In this document: piece after piece, positions 52,110 through 60,987 of the stretch
Layout: each line of letters starts with the position of its first letter
How positions within the stretch are numbered: position 1 is the first letter of the stretch
The notes under the pieces: model-generated
What the model was told of the DNA's origin: nothing
The model's database searches: none
What the model saw: the letters and a program-made list of their open reading frames with translations, nothing else
Made by a program: the position numbers and the translations under genes
Assembly (NCBI GenBank): GCA_044229975.1
Contig: JBGARZ010000003.1
Span: 192,001-256,000 of the forward strand
Direction of reading: 5' to 3'
Source: Polyangiales bacterium
Lineage (GTDB): Bacteria > Myxococcota_A > Polyangia > Polyangiales > Ga0077539
DNA: 64,000 nt

Positions 52110-53522
52110 ATGGGCACCGCCTTGGCCAGCATACTCATCTCCCGCAAGACGCTCGGACTCGCGGCGCTCGACGGCCTCACCGTCCTCGCCTCGCTGGCGG
52201 CGTCTGCCACGCTCTCCAAGCTGGGGGTCGGCGCCGAGCTCGTGCTGACGCTGCTGCGTCACTGGAAGGGCATGACCGTGGTCGCCCTCTCGGTGCACCT
52301 CGCGGCCTTCTATGTGTTCGAGCTCTACAACCTCCACATCGACTTCCGTCGCACGCGCAACCTCCTGCGCTGCCTCGGGGCCGTCGCCACGTCGTCCATC
52401 GTCCTCGCGGTGTCGAGCTTCGTGCTCCCGCGCTGGGGCTTCAGCCGACTGCTCTTCGCCTCGCACGCCGTGCTGCTCTCGCTCGGCACCTGCCTCACGC
52501 GGGTGGTCATCTCGCGCGTGCTCGCCCTGCGCGAGCCGCCCGAGCGGGCGCTGCTCGTCACCGGCGCGCCCGTCCCTCCCGAGGTGCTCGATGAGCTCGC
52601 CCGCAACCCCGAGAGCCCCTTCTCCGTGGTGGGCATCATCTCGGTCGGCCGACCTTCGCAGATCTTCGACGCGATGCGCGCCCCGACCCCGGCGCCCATC
52701 TCGCCGATGGCCGAGTGCGCGACGGCGCTGGAGCGCGAAAACGCCCGCCACCTCCTCGTCGCAAGGCTCGACTCGCTCCCCTACGAGGCGTCGAAGGAAC
52801 TCCTCCGCCTGAAGGGCGAGGGCATCCACGTCCACGAGCTCGCGTCCATATACCAGGACCTCTCCGGGCGCGTTCCGCTGCACCTCGTCGACGACCTGTA
52901 CTTCCTGCGCGTGGCGGCGTTTACCCGCGACACCAACCCCGTGCTCAGCAACCTGCTGCGCGTCTTCGACGTCCTCGTGGCGGTGGTGCTGCTCGCCTTC
53001 TCGTGGCCGCTGTGGCTGTTCGCGTACCTCGGCATCAAGGTCACGATGCCCGGCCCCGCGCTCTACTCCCAGGAGCGCGTCGGCAAGGACGAGGTGCCGT
53101 ACACCATCTACAAGTTTCGCTCGATGCGCCTCGACGCAGAGAAGGAAGGCCCACGCTGGGCGACGCAAAACGACGACCGCGTCACGCCCTTCGGGAAGTT
53201 CCTGCGCCGCACCCGCATCGACGAGCTCCCGCAGCTCTGGAACGTCCTCCGCGGCGACATGTCCCTCGTCGGCCCTCGCCCCGAGCGCGCCGTCTTCGTG
53301 TCGCAGCTCACGCGCGAGATCCCCTACTACGCGCTGCGGTTCCAGATCCGCCCGGGTCTCACCGGATGGGCGCAGGTCAACTACCGCTACGGCGCGTCGG
53401 TCGACGACACGCGCGTGAAGCTGTCCTACGACCTCTTCTACATCCAGGAGCGCTCGCTCTCGCTCTTCTTCGTGACGCTGCTCAAGACCGTACAGACGGT
53501 GCTCTTCAAGCCCGGGTCGTGA
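52110..53522 (+). CDS. Polyprenyl-phosphate glycosylphosphotransferase (priming sugar transferase, WcaJ/WbaP family)
   Basis: N-terminal TMs; YSQERVG, KFRSM, RIDELPQLWNVLRGDMSLVGPRPER, RPGLTGWAQV and YDLFYI. Confidence 0.92.
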   Translation: MGTALASILISRKTLGLAALDGLTVLASLAASATLSKLGVGAELVLTLLRHWKGMTVVALSVHLAAFYVFELYNLHIDFRRTRNLLRCLGAVATSSIVLAVSSFVLPRWGFSRLLFASHAVLLSLGTCLTRVVISRVLALREPPERALLVTGAPVPPEVLDELARNPESPFSVVGIISVGRPSQIFDAMRAPTPAPISPMAECATALERENARHLLVARLDSLPYEASKELLRLKGEGIHVHELASIYQDLSGRVPLHLVDDLYFLRVAAFTRDTNPVLSNLLRVFDVLVAVVLLAFSWPLWLFAYLGIKVTMPGPALYSQERVGKDEVPYTIYKFRSMRLDAEKEGPRWATQNDDRVTPFGKFLRRTRIDELPQLWNVLRGDMSLVGPRPERAVFVSQLTREIPYYALRFQIRPGLTGWAQVNYRYGASVDDTRVKLSYDLFYIQERSLSLFFVTLLKTVQTVLFKPGS

Positions 53523-53553
53523 CGCCCCTCCGGGTGGTAGCGTCCTCCTCGCG

Positions 53554-54609
53554 ATGTTCTCCCGCACCCTCTCGCGCTTCACCGTCGGCCTCACGCTCTC
53601 CCTCGCCCTCGACGCGTGCTCGGTCTCGGACTTCGTGCTGCGCCCCGCCGACGCGGGCGACGCCGGCACCGTCCAGCCGATGGGCGACGTCCCGGTCGGT
53701 CCCGACGACCGCCCCGTGACGCCCATCGATGGCTCGGTGCCTCCGACCGACGTCACGGGCACGCCGACCGACGGGGGCACCGACGTTGGTACAGCCCCCA
53801 TCGACACGGGACCCGCCACGGCGTGCAACGTCACCGAGGCCGTCGCGCGCTCGCTGCCGGCGTTCAACGCCGCGACCATTGCGCGGGTGAGAGCCCTCCG
53901 CGCGGCAGGCCTCACGCGGGGCAACCGCGCCAACGTGTTTGCGAAGGTGGGCGACTCCATCACCGAGGCCGCGGGCTTCCTCGCCGACCTCGGCTTCGAC
54001 TACGAGACCGACTACGGCCGCTACGGGTGCCTGCGCGCCACGCGCGACTACTTCGCCAGCACCTCGCTCGGGTCGGACAGCAACAGCTTCAACCGCGCGA
54101 GCGTGACGGCCATGGGCGGCTGGCTCTCCTCGCAGCCGCTGCTGGGCGACCCGGCGAGCCCGCTGCGCGCCGAGCTCGACGCGACGCACCCGCTCTACGC
54201 CATCGTCATGATCGGCACCAACGACCTCGCGAGCGGCACCCTCGCCGAGTACACGACCAACCTCACGCGCATCGTCACGATCATCGAGGAGTACGGCACC
54301 GTCCCGATCGTCTCGACGATCCCCGACCGCCCCGAGGACGCCCGCTTCGCGCCGCTGGTCACGTCCTTCAACGACGCCATCCGCGCGCTCACGGCGTCGC
54401 GCAACCTCCCGCTCGTCGACTACTGGCAGTCGATGCAAGACCTCCCCGGGCACGGCGTGAGCGACGACGGCATCCACCCGTCGATCTTCCGCGACATGGG
54501 CGACGCCCAGGGTCGACAGCTCACCGATGCCGCGCTCCGCTTCGGCTACAACATGCGCAACCTCACGGCGCTGCTGATGTTGGAGCGGCTCCGCGCGCTG
54601 CCGCAGTGA
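53554..54609 (+). CDS. SGNH/GDSL hydrolase, probable lipoprotein
   Basis: KVGDSIT, IGTND and DGIHP catalytic blocks. Confidence 0.85.
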   Translation: MFSRTLSRFTVGLTLSLALDACSVSDFVLRPADAGDAGTVQPMGDVPVGPDDRPVTPIDGSVPPTDVTGTPTDGGTDVGTAPIDTGPATACNVTEAVARSLPAFNAATIARVRALRAAGLTRGNRANVFAKVGDSITEAAGFLADLGFDYETDYGRYGCLRATRDYFASTSLGSDSNSFNRASVTAMGGWLSSQPLLGDPASPLRAELDATHPLYAIVMIGTNDLASGTLAEYTTNLTRIVTIIEEYGTVPIVSTIPDRPEDARFAPLVTSFNDAIRALTASRNLPLVDYWQSMQDLPGHGVSDDGIHPSIFRDMGDAQGRQLTDAALRFGYNMRNLTALLMLERLRALPQ

Positions 54610-55415
54610 CCGCGCGCCGCCTCGCCCTCGCCCTCGCCCTCGCGGGCTGCACCCAGCGCGCGAGCCGCCCTCCTCCACCACGTCCCGCCGTCGTCGCGCC
54701 GACGCCAACACCCGCTCCCGTCTGGACCGTCGCAGCGCCCGGTCTCTCGTGGGCGACGGTCGACGTCGGCTTCGACGAGGCGCCGACGCGCCTGCGCTGG
54801 GCGGTGGTTCGCGTCGACCTCACGCGCTGGTCGCTCGACGTGCGGCGCTCGCCTGACGACCGCGTCGCCGGACTCGCGGCGGACGTGACCGTCGCGGCGG
54901 CGGTCAACGGCGGGTTCTTCGAGCCCGACTTCTCTCCCAGCGGGCTCCTCATCGGTCGCGGCGTGACCCATGGGCGACGTGCGCCGCGCGGCGGATCGGG
55001 CGTGCTCACGGTGCGGGCGGGCCTCGCGGCGGTCGAGGCCGCCGACGCGCAGCCCGAGGACTTCACGGGCGAGCTCGCGGTGCAGTGCGGCCCGCGTCTG
55101 GTGGAAGAGGGCGGCCTCGTGGGCATCCACCGCGACGACGGACGACGCTTCGCGCGCACGGCGGCGTGTGTGCGGGACGGCGGGCACACCGTCGACCTCG
55201 TCACCACCTGGGACCCCGACGCGCCGCTCCGCGGACCGGGCCTGCTGTGGTTCGCGCGCCGCCTCGCGGGTCCGTCTCCGACGGGCGACGCGCGGGGCTG
55301 TGAGCGGGCGCTCAACCTGGACGGCGGCCCCTCGACGGGCTTCTACGTCCGCGGCGCCGAGGGTCACCCGGCGACCGGTCCCACCCCGTGGCTGCTGACC
55401 GTGCGCGCACGATGA
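54606..55415 (+). CDS. Phosphodiester glycosidase (NAGPA-like) family lipoprotein
   Basis: GTGA overlap; lipobox LAGC; AVNGGFF, Q.GPRLV, ARTA and ALNLDGGPST. Confidence 0.82.
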   Translation: MTARRLALALALAGCTQRASRPPPPRPAVVAPTPTPAPVWTVAAPGLSWATVDVGFDEAPTRLRWAVVRVDLTRWSLDVRRSPDDRVAGLAADVTVAAAVNGGFFEPDFSPSGLLIGRGVTHGRRAPRGGSGVLTVRAGLAAVEAADAQPEDFTGELAVQCGPRLVEEGGLVGIHRDDGRRFARTAACVRDGGHTVDLVTTWDPDAPLRGPGLLWFARRLAGPSPTGDARGCERALNLDGGPSTGFYVRGAEGHPATGPTPWLLTVRAR

Positions 55416-55450
55416 TCGCCACCCGCGCGGGCGTCTGGCATTCTGCGCCG

Positions 55451-57073
55451 ATGCTTCGGATGCTGGTTCGCGCGGTGTGGCTGCTGGGGTTTCTGGCGGC
55501 GTTGGGGTGTTCGCGCGGACAGCTCCCGAACATCCCCGACGCGGGCGACGATGGCGAGGACGCGACCGCCGGCTTCGACCTGGGCGTCGACCCGCGCTGC
55601 GGCTCGGCCCGCTCGTCGTGCTGCGGCGGGCGCGCCTGCAACCGCGGCCTCGCCTGCGAGGAGGGGCTCTGCTGCGGCCTCGCGAGCGCGACGTGCCGCG
55701 ACCAGCTCGATTGCTGCGGCCTGTACGGCTGCAACGAGGGGCGCTGCTGCGTCGACAACGGCGGCCTCTGCGAGAACTCCACCGACTGCTGCGCGGGCGG
55801 CCTCTGCCGCGACGGTCTGTGCGAGCGCGGCAACGAGTGCGGCACCATCGGCCAGCGCTGCTGCGTCGGCGACCTCTGCGCGAGCGGCGGGTCGTGCCAG
55901 GGCGGCATGTGCGCCGCCTGCGGCCACGCCGACGGCCCGTGCTGCGACGGCCAGTGCGACTCCGGGCTCCAGTGCACCGAGGGGAGCTGCCGGGTGCCGA
56001 CGGCCTGCGGCGCGGTCGACCAGCCCTGCTGCAACGGCCGAGCGTGCGAGCGCGGATCGGAGTGCACGGCGGGCGTGTGCCGACAGCCCGCGAGCTGCGG
56101 CGCGATGGGCGAGGTGTGCTGCCCGGGCAACGCGTGCGCGAGCCCGCTCGTTTGCACGTCGGGTCGGTGCGCGACGCCCGCGCCGACCTGCGGCTCGCTC
56201 GGCCGCGCGTGTTGCAGCGGCGGCTCGTGCAGCGCGCCCCTCAACTGTAGCGGCGGGACCTGCGCGATGTGCAACGCACCCGGCAGCACCTGCACCATCG
56301 CGTCGCAGTGCTGCGGGGGCTTCGACTGCCGCCCGACGCCCGTGACCAGCCGCTGCTGCCACCGACAGGGCGCGAGCTGCGCGACCTCGCTGGAGTGCTG
56401 CGGCACCATGCTCTGCGACGAGGACGGCCTCTGCGCGTGCCGGGCGCTCGGAACATCGTGCAGCGACGACAACGACTGCTGCGAGGGATCGCGGTGCAGC
56501 GAGGGCATCTGCCGCACGACGGCGACGTGTCGGCCCGCGGGCACGACGGGGTGTTCGAGCGCCGAGGACTGCTGCACGGGCCTGCTCTGCTCGACGAGCA
56601 CCGCGGGTGGCCGGTGCTGCGCGGGCGCCGGCTCGACGTGCACGCCCGCCGACGCGGGGGTCAGCAACGGCGGCTGCTGCGGCTCGATGACGTGCATCCG
56701 CAGCGGCGCCACCGGGTACTGCGCGTGCCGGATGATCGACGAGACCTGCGGGTCGACCAGCGACTGCTGCTCCGGGTACACGTGCACGAGCGGCCGGTGT
56801 CGCCCGCCCACGCCGACGTGTTACGGGCTCGGCAACACTGCGGTCTGCAACTCCACCACGCAGTGCTGCGGCAGCCTGATCTGCGCGTCGCTGCGGAGCG
56901 TCCGGCACTGCTGCACCGGCGCGCGCAGCGCGTGCAGCGCGAGCATCGAGTGCTGCGGGTCGATGATCTGCTACGCGGGCCGCTGCGCCTGCCGCACCGC
57001 CGCGCAGAGCTGCATGCAGGACGGCGACTGCTGCACCGGGCGCTGCCTGAGCGGGGCGTGCACCGCTTCGTAG
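55451..57073 (+). CDS. Cys-rich lipoprotein of 17 tandem six-Cys modules
   Basis: Lipobox ALGC followed by repeated C-CC-C-C-C and C-C-CC-C-C units. Confidence 0.8.
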   Translation: MLRMLVRAVWLLGFLAALGCSRGQLPNIPDAGDDGEDATAGFDLGVDPRCGSARSSCCGGRACNRGLACEEGLCCGLASATCRDQLDCCGLYGCNEGRCCVDNGGLCENSTDCCAGGLCRDGLCERGNECGTIGQRCCVGDLCASGGSCQGGMCAACGHADGPCCDGQCDSGLQCTEGSCRVPTACGAVDQPCCNGRACERGSECTAGVCRQPASCGAMGEVCCPGNACASPLVCTSGRCATPAPTCGSLGRACCSGGSCSAPLNCSGGTCAMCNAPGSTCTIASQCCGGFDCRPTPVTSRCCHRQGASCATSLECCGTMLCDEDGLCACRALGTSCSDDNDCCEGSRCSEGICRTTATCRPAGTTGCSSAEDCCTGLLCSTSTAGGRCCAGAGSTCTPADAGVSNGGCCGSMTCIRSGATGYCACRMIDETCGSTSDCCSGYTCTSGRCRPPTPTCYGLGNTAVCNSTTQCCGSLICASLRSVRHCCTGARSACSASIECCGSMICYAGRCACRTAAQSCMQDGDCCTGRCLSGACTAS

Positions 57074-57105
57074 CGGGACCTGGTCAGAGAGCGACGCCCG
57101 CTCCC

Positions 57106-57792
57106 TTACAGCACCAGCTTGTAGCCGCGCCCGTAGACCGTGAGGATGTGCTGCGGCCGGTCGGGGGTGGTCTCGATCTTCTTGCGGAGCTTCACGATGA
57201 AGTTGTCCACCGCGCGGCTGTTGATGGCCTGCACGCCCCACACGCGGTCGAGGATCTCGTCGCGGCCGATGGCCTCACCCGCGCGCTCCATCATCAAGCG
57301 CAGCAGCTCGACCTCGTAGGAGGTGAGCGCCTCTTCCTTGCCGTCGAGCACCACGGCGTGGCCCGCGAGGTTGACCTCCGCGCGGCCGATGCGCACCAGC
57401 GCCGGGGCCGTCGACACCCGCTCGACGCGACGCAGCGCCGCCCGCACCCGCGCCGCGAGCTCGCCCAGCGAAAACGGCTTGGTGACGTAGTCGTCGGCGC
57501 CCGCGTCGAGGCCGCGGATCTTGTCGCTGTCCTGGCTGCGCGCCGACAGGATGAGGATGGGCACCGTGCGCGACCAGCGGCGGAGCTGGACGCACACCTC
57601 GTAGCCGTTGGTGTCGGGAAGCATCAGGTCGAGCAGCACCAGGTCGGGCCCCGCCGAGCGCGCGAGCTCGACGCCCTGCTTGCCCGTCGGCGCGTGCACC
57701 ACGCGGTACCCCTCGAACGACAGCGCGTCGGTGATGCCCAACGCCATCGCCGGCTCGTCCTCCACCAGCAGGATCAGCTTCTCGGGGTTCAT
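57106..57792 (-). CDS. OmpR/PhoB-family response regulator
   Basis: LLVEDE, LLDLMLP and GADDYVTKPF; winged helix VDNFIVKLRKK, TVYGRGY. Confidence 0.93.
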   Translation of the reverse strand: MNPEKLILLVEDEPAMALGITDALSFEGYRVVHAPTGKQGVELARSAGPDLVLLDLMLPDTNGYEVCVQLRRWSRTVPILILSARSQDSDKIRGLDAGADDYVTKPFSLGELAARVRAALRRVERVSTAPALVRIGRAEVNLAGHAVVLDGKEEALTSYEVELLRLMMERAGEAIGRDEILDRVWGVQAINSRAVDNFIVKLRKKIETTPDRPQHILTVYGRGYKLVL

Positions 57793-57887
57793 GCGCGCCG
57801 CCCGATGTTCTACCCGAACGGGTGCCCGCGCTCCATCGCTACGCGCGTTGACCCTGCGCCCGCGGACGTGCCATTCCCTTGAGCCTG

Positions 57888-58847
57888 ATGCGAAGCGAAG
57901 CGCGCGCCCTCTACCCCGACGCCGACGCCCACCACGTCGGCACGCTCCGGGTCTCCGACCTCCACGAGCTCTACTACGAGGTCTCGGGCAACCCCGATGG
58001 CAAGCCCGTGGTGTTTCTGCACGGCGGCCCCGGCGGCGGCAGCGACCCGCGCTACCGCCGCTTCTTCGACCCGGCGCGCTACCGCGTGGTGCTCTTCGAC
58101 CAGCGCGGCAGCGGCCGCAGCACGCCCTACGCGTCGCTCGTGGACAACACCACGCAGCACCTCGTGTCGGACATCGAGGCGCTGCGCTCGCACCTCGGCA
58201 TCTCGCGCTGGCAGGTGTTCGGCGGATCGTGGGGCAGCACCCTCGCCCTCGCCTACGCCCAGGCGCACCCCGAGCGCGTCACGGAGCTCGTCCTGCGCGG
58301 CATCTTCCTGCTGCGCCAGAAGGAGATCGCGTGGTTCTACCAGCAGGGCGCGAGCGAGCTGTTTCCCGACGCGTGGGAGAAGTTTCTGGCGCCCATCCCC
58401 GAGGCCGAGCGGGGCGACCTCGTGAGCGCGTACCACAAGCGCCTCACGGGCGATGACCCCATCGAGCGCTCGCGCTGCGCCGTCGCGTGGAGCGTGTGGG
58501 AGGGCAGCACGAGCCGGCTCATCCCCGACCCCGACATGGTGCGCCGCACGGGCGACGCCCACTTCGCCGAGGCCTTCGCGCGCATCGAGTGCCACTACTT
58601 CGTCAACAAGGGCTTCCTGCGCTCCGACCGCCAGCTCCTCGAAGACGTCGGCCGCATCCGGCACATCCCGGCGGTGATCGTTCAGGGCCGCTACGACGTG
58701 GTGTGCCCGATGGACTCCGCGTGGGCGCTGCACCGCGCGTGGCCCGAGGCGGACTTCATCGTGGTGCCTGACGCCGGGCACGCGGTCATCGAGCCCGGCA
58801 TCACGCGCGCGCTCCTCGACGCGACCGATCGCTTCTCTACTCGTTGA
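57888..58847 (+). CDS. pip: Proline iminopeptidase
   Basis: HGGPG, FDQRG.GRS.P, GGSWG, LRGIF, ARIECHY, GRYDVVCP and DAGH. Confidence 0.95.
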   Translation: MRSEARALYPDADAHHVGTLRVSDLHELYYEVSGNPDGKPVVFLHGGPGGGSDPRYRRFFDPARYRVVLFDQRGSGRSTPYASLVDNTTQHLVSDIEALRSHLGISRWQVFGGSWGSTLALAYAQAHPERVTELVLRGIFLLRQKEIAWFYQQGASELFPDAWEKFLAPIPEAERGDLVSAYHKRLTGDDPIERSRCAVAWSVWEGSTSRLIPDPDMVRRTGDAHFAEAFARIECHYFVNKGFLRSDRQLLEDVGRIRHIPAVIVQGRYDVVCPMDSAWALHRAWPEADFIVVPDAGHAVIEPGITRALLDATDRFSTR

Positions 58848-58886
58848 CGCGGGCGCCTCCGCCTCCCTAAGGTCGCCGACCACCCG

Positions 58887-59162
58887 ATGGACCTCAAGAA
58901 GACCCTGCTCAAGCAGGCCATGAAGCTCGCGCAAAACCCCAAGGTCATGGAGATCGCCACGCACCCGAAGGTGATGGAGGTCGCCATGAAGGCGATGACC
59001 GCGCGCGGCCAGCTCAGCACCGCGGTGGACGGCGCCACGCGCTCGGTAGCCCGCGGGCTCAACCTCGCGACGCGCGACGAGATGAAAGAACTCCGTCGCA
59101 CCATCCGTCGCCTGGAAGACGAGCTCGCCGCGAAGCGCGACGGCGGCACCGGGGGGACGTGA
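58887..59162 (+). CDS. Small helical protein, phasin/PhaE-tail-like
   Basis: LNLATRDEMKELRRTIRRLE coiled-coil motif. Confidence 0.6.
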   Translation: MDLKKTLLKQAMKLAQNPKVMEIATHPKVMEVAMKAMTARGQLSTAVDGATRSVARGLNLATRDEMKELRRTIRRLEDELAAKRDGGTGGT

Positions 59163-59905
59163 AGGGGGCGGCGGCGCTGCTGGCGCTGACGCTCGCGACG
59201 GGCTGCCACACGCAGGCTGCGGCCACGACGGAGCCGACGACGGGGCGCCACTCGCACGCGTCGCACGCGCACGCCGCGAGCGAGCACGCCAGCAACGCCC
59301 CCACGGAGGCGCCCTCGGCGGCGGCGCAGCGTCGCTACGAGGAGGGAGCCGCGGCTGCGGCGAGGCGCGACTGGGCCGCAGCGGCGCGAGCCTTCACTGA
59401 CGCGCATGCGTTGGTTCCGTCGACGGAGCTGGCCTTCAACGCGGGGCGGATGTTTGAGCACCTCGCGGACTTCGAGCACGCGGCGGAGTGGTACCGGCGG
59501 GTGCTCGCGAGCAACCCGTCGTCCTTGGTGCGTGCGCAGGTCAACGAGCGCCTCGCCGCGGTGGAGCGCGACGCGCAGAGCCAGCGCAGCACCAACACGC
59601 AGGCTCCGCCCGACGCAGCGGCGCTCGCGGCCGAGGCGTCGATGTGGTTCGAGCGCGGGATGCGCTTCTTCCGTCGGCGGCAGTGGGCCGAGGCGCTGCA
59701 AGCCTTCGAGACGGCCAACCAGGTGCTGCAGACGACGCACGGTGACTCGGCCGAGCTGATGTTCAACCTCGGCGTGACGCACGAGCACCTCGGGCACCGC
59801 GGCGAGGCCGAAGCAGCGTTTCGGTCGTACCTGTCCGCGCGCCCCGACTCGCCCGCGCGGGCGGAGATCGAGGCGCGCATCCAGCGGCTGCGCCGGGAGC
59901 GCTGA
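59159..59905 (+). CDS. TPR-repeat lipoprotein
   Basis: Lipobox ATGC; two TPR blocks (LAFNAG, LMFNLG); His-rich linker. Confidence 0.78.
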   Translation: MKGAAALLALTLATGCHTQAAATTEPTTGRHSHASHAHAASEHASNAPTEAPSAAAQRRYEEGAAAAARRDWAAAARAFTDAHALVPSTELAFNAGRMFEHLADFEHAAEWYRRVLASNPSSLVRAQVNERLAAVERDAQSQRSTNTQAPPDAAALAAEASMWFERGMRFFRRRQWAEALQAFETANQVLQTTHGDSAELMFNLGVTHEHLGHRGEAEAAFRSYLSARPDSPARAEIEARIQRLRRER

Positions 59906-59912
59906 CGACGAA

Positions 59913-60974
59913 TCAGGTGTGGGGCGGGAGCACGGCGCCGGCCGGGATCGGGCCGCTGAGCGCGCGGAGGAAGGCGGTGAGGCGCTGCACCTGCGTGGCA
60001 TCGAGGTCGCGACCGAGCTGCACCGAGCCCATGGTGCGCACCGCGTCTTCGAGCGTGCGGGCATGGGCGTCGTGGAACCACGGCCCCGTGTCGGCGACGT
60101 TGCGCAGCGTGGGGACCTTGAAGAAGTAGCGGTCGGCCTCGCGGTGCGTGACGCCGAAGCGCCCGACGTCGGCGGCCGTGAGGGGCGTCCCCCGTTGAGC
60201 GAAGTAGTCGCGCACGGCGCCCATCTTCTGGAACGACGTTCCGCCGATGTTGATGCCGAGGTGGCAGGTGGTGCAGCCGACAGATTCGAAGAGCCGCGCA
60301 CCCTCGCGCTGCTCTTCGTTGAGGGCGAGGTCATCGCCGCGCAGGAAGCGGTCGATGGGCCCCGGCGTGATGAGGGTCTCCTCGTAGACCGCGATGGCGT
60401 CGCACACGGTCTCTTGCGTGATGCCAGTGGGGTACGACTCGCGGAAGGCGCTCACGTAGTCGGGCGAGCGGTTGAGGGCGATGACGACGTTGGGCCACGT
60501 GTGACCCATCTCCATCGGGTTGGCGACGGGGCCCGCCGCCTGGTCGCGCAGGTTGCCCGCGCGCCCGTCCCAGAACTGCACGAAGTTGTAGCGGGCGTTG
60601 AGCACCGTCGGCGAGTTGATGGGGCCGACCTGGTTGCGCACGCCGAGCGAGGAGGGGCGACGGTCGGTTCCGCCCTGGTCGAGGGCGTGGCAGCTCGCGC
60701 ACGACAGGGTGTTGTCGACCGAGAGCGCGGTGTCATGGAAGAGACGGCGGCCGAGCACGCGCTTGCGCTCATCGACCTCGACGCGATCGGGCAGCGCCTG
60801 GAGCGAGGCCCGCAGACGACGAAACTCGGGTGGCGACTCGGGGTGGGTCGAGGGCTCGACGTTTTCGCGCGCGGGCGGCTGCTCGCGCGGACTACGGCAC
60901 GCCTGGAGGGCGGCCGCGCCGAGGGTGACGACGCACAGCGAGCCGAGGAGCGTGGCGGACGTTCGGAGGTTCAT
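59913..60974 (-). CDS. Di-heme cytochrome c peroxidase (CCP/MauG family)
   Basis: CASCH and CTTCH; NSPTVLN, QFWDGRA, NPMEMG and FKVPTLRNV..TGPWFH. Confidence 0.92.
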   Translation of the reverse strand: MNLRTSATLLGSLCVVTLGAAALQACRSPREQPPARENVEPSTHPESPPEFRRLRASLQALPDRVEVDERKRVLGRRLFHDTALSVDNTLSCASCHALDQGGTDRRPSSLGVRNQVGPINSPTVLNARYNFVQFWDGRAGNLRDQAAGPVANPMEMGHTWPNVVIALNRSPDYVSAFRESYPTGITQETVCDAIAVYEETLITPGPIDRFLRGDDLALNEEQREGARLFESVGCTTCHLGINIGGTSFQKMGAVRDYFAQRGTPLTAADVGRFGVTHREADRYFFKVPTLRNVADTGPWFHDAHARTLEDAVRTMGSVQLGRDLDATQVQRLTAFLRALSGPIPAGAVLPPHT

Positions 60975-60987
60975 GGCGGTGCTTCCT

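Noticed and set aside
55451..57073. Repetitive tgctgc-rich DNA as a CRISPR or DNA repeat array
   Set aside because: The periodicity comes from Cys codons in a protein repeat; there are no identical repeats with spacers
57106..57792. Orphan OmpR regulator (and the orphan receiver at 18975) as unusual
   Set aside because: Orphan response regulators are common in myxobacterial genomes
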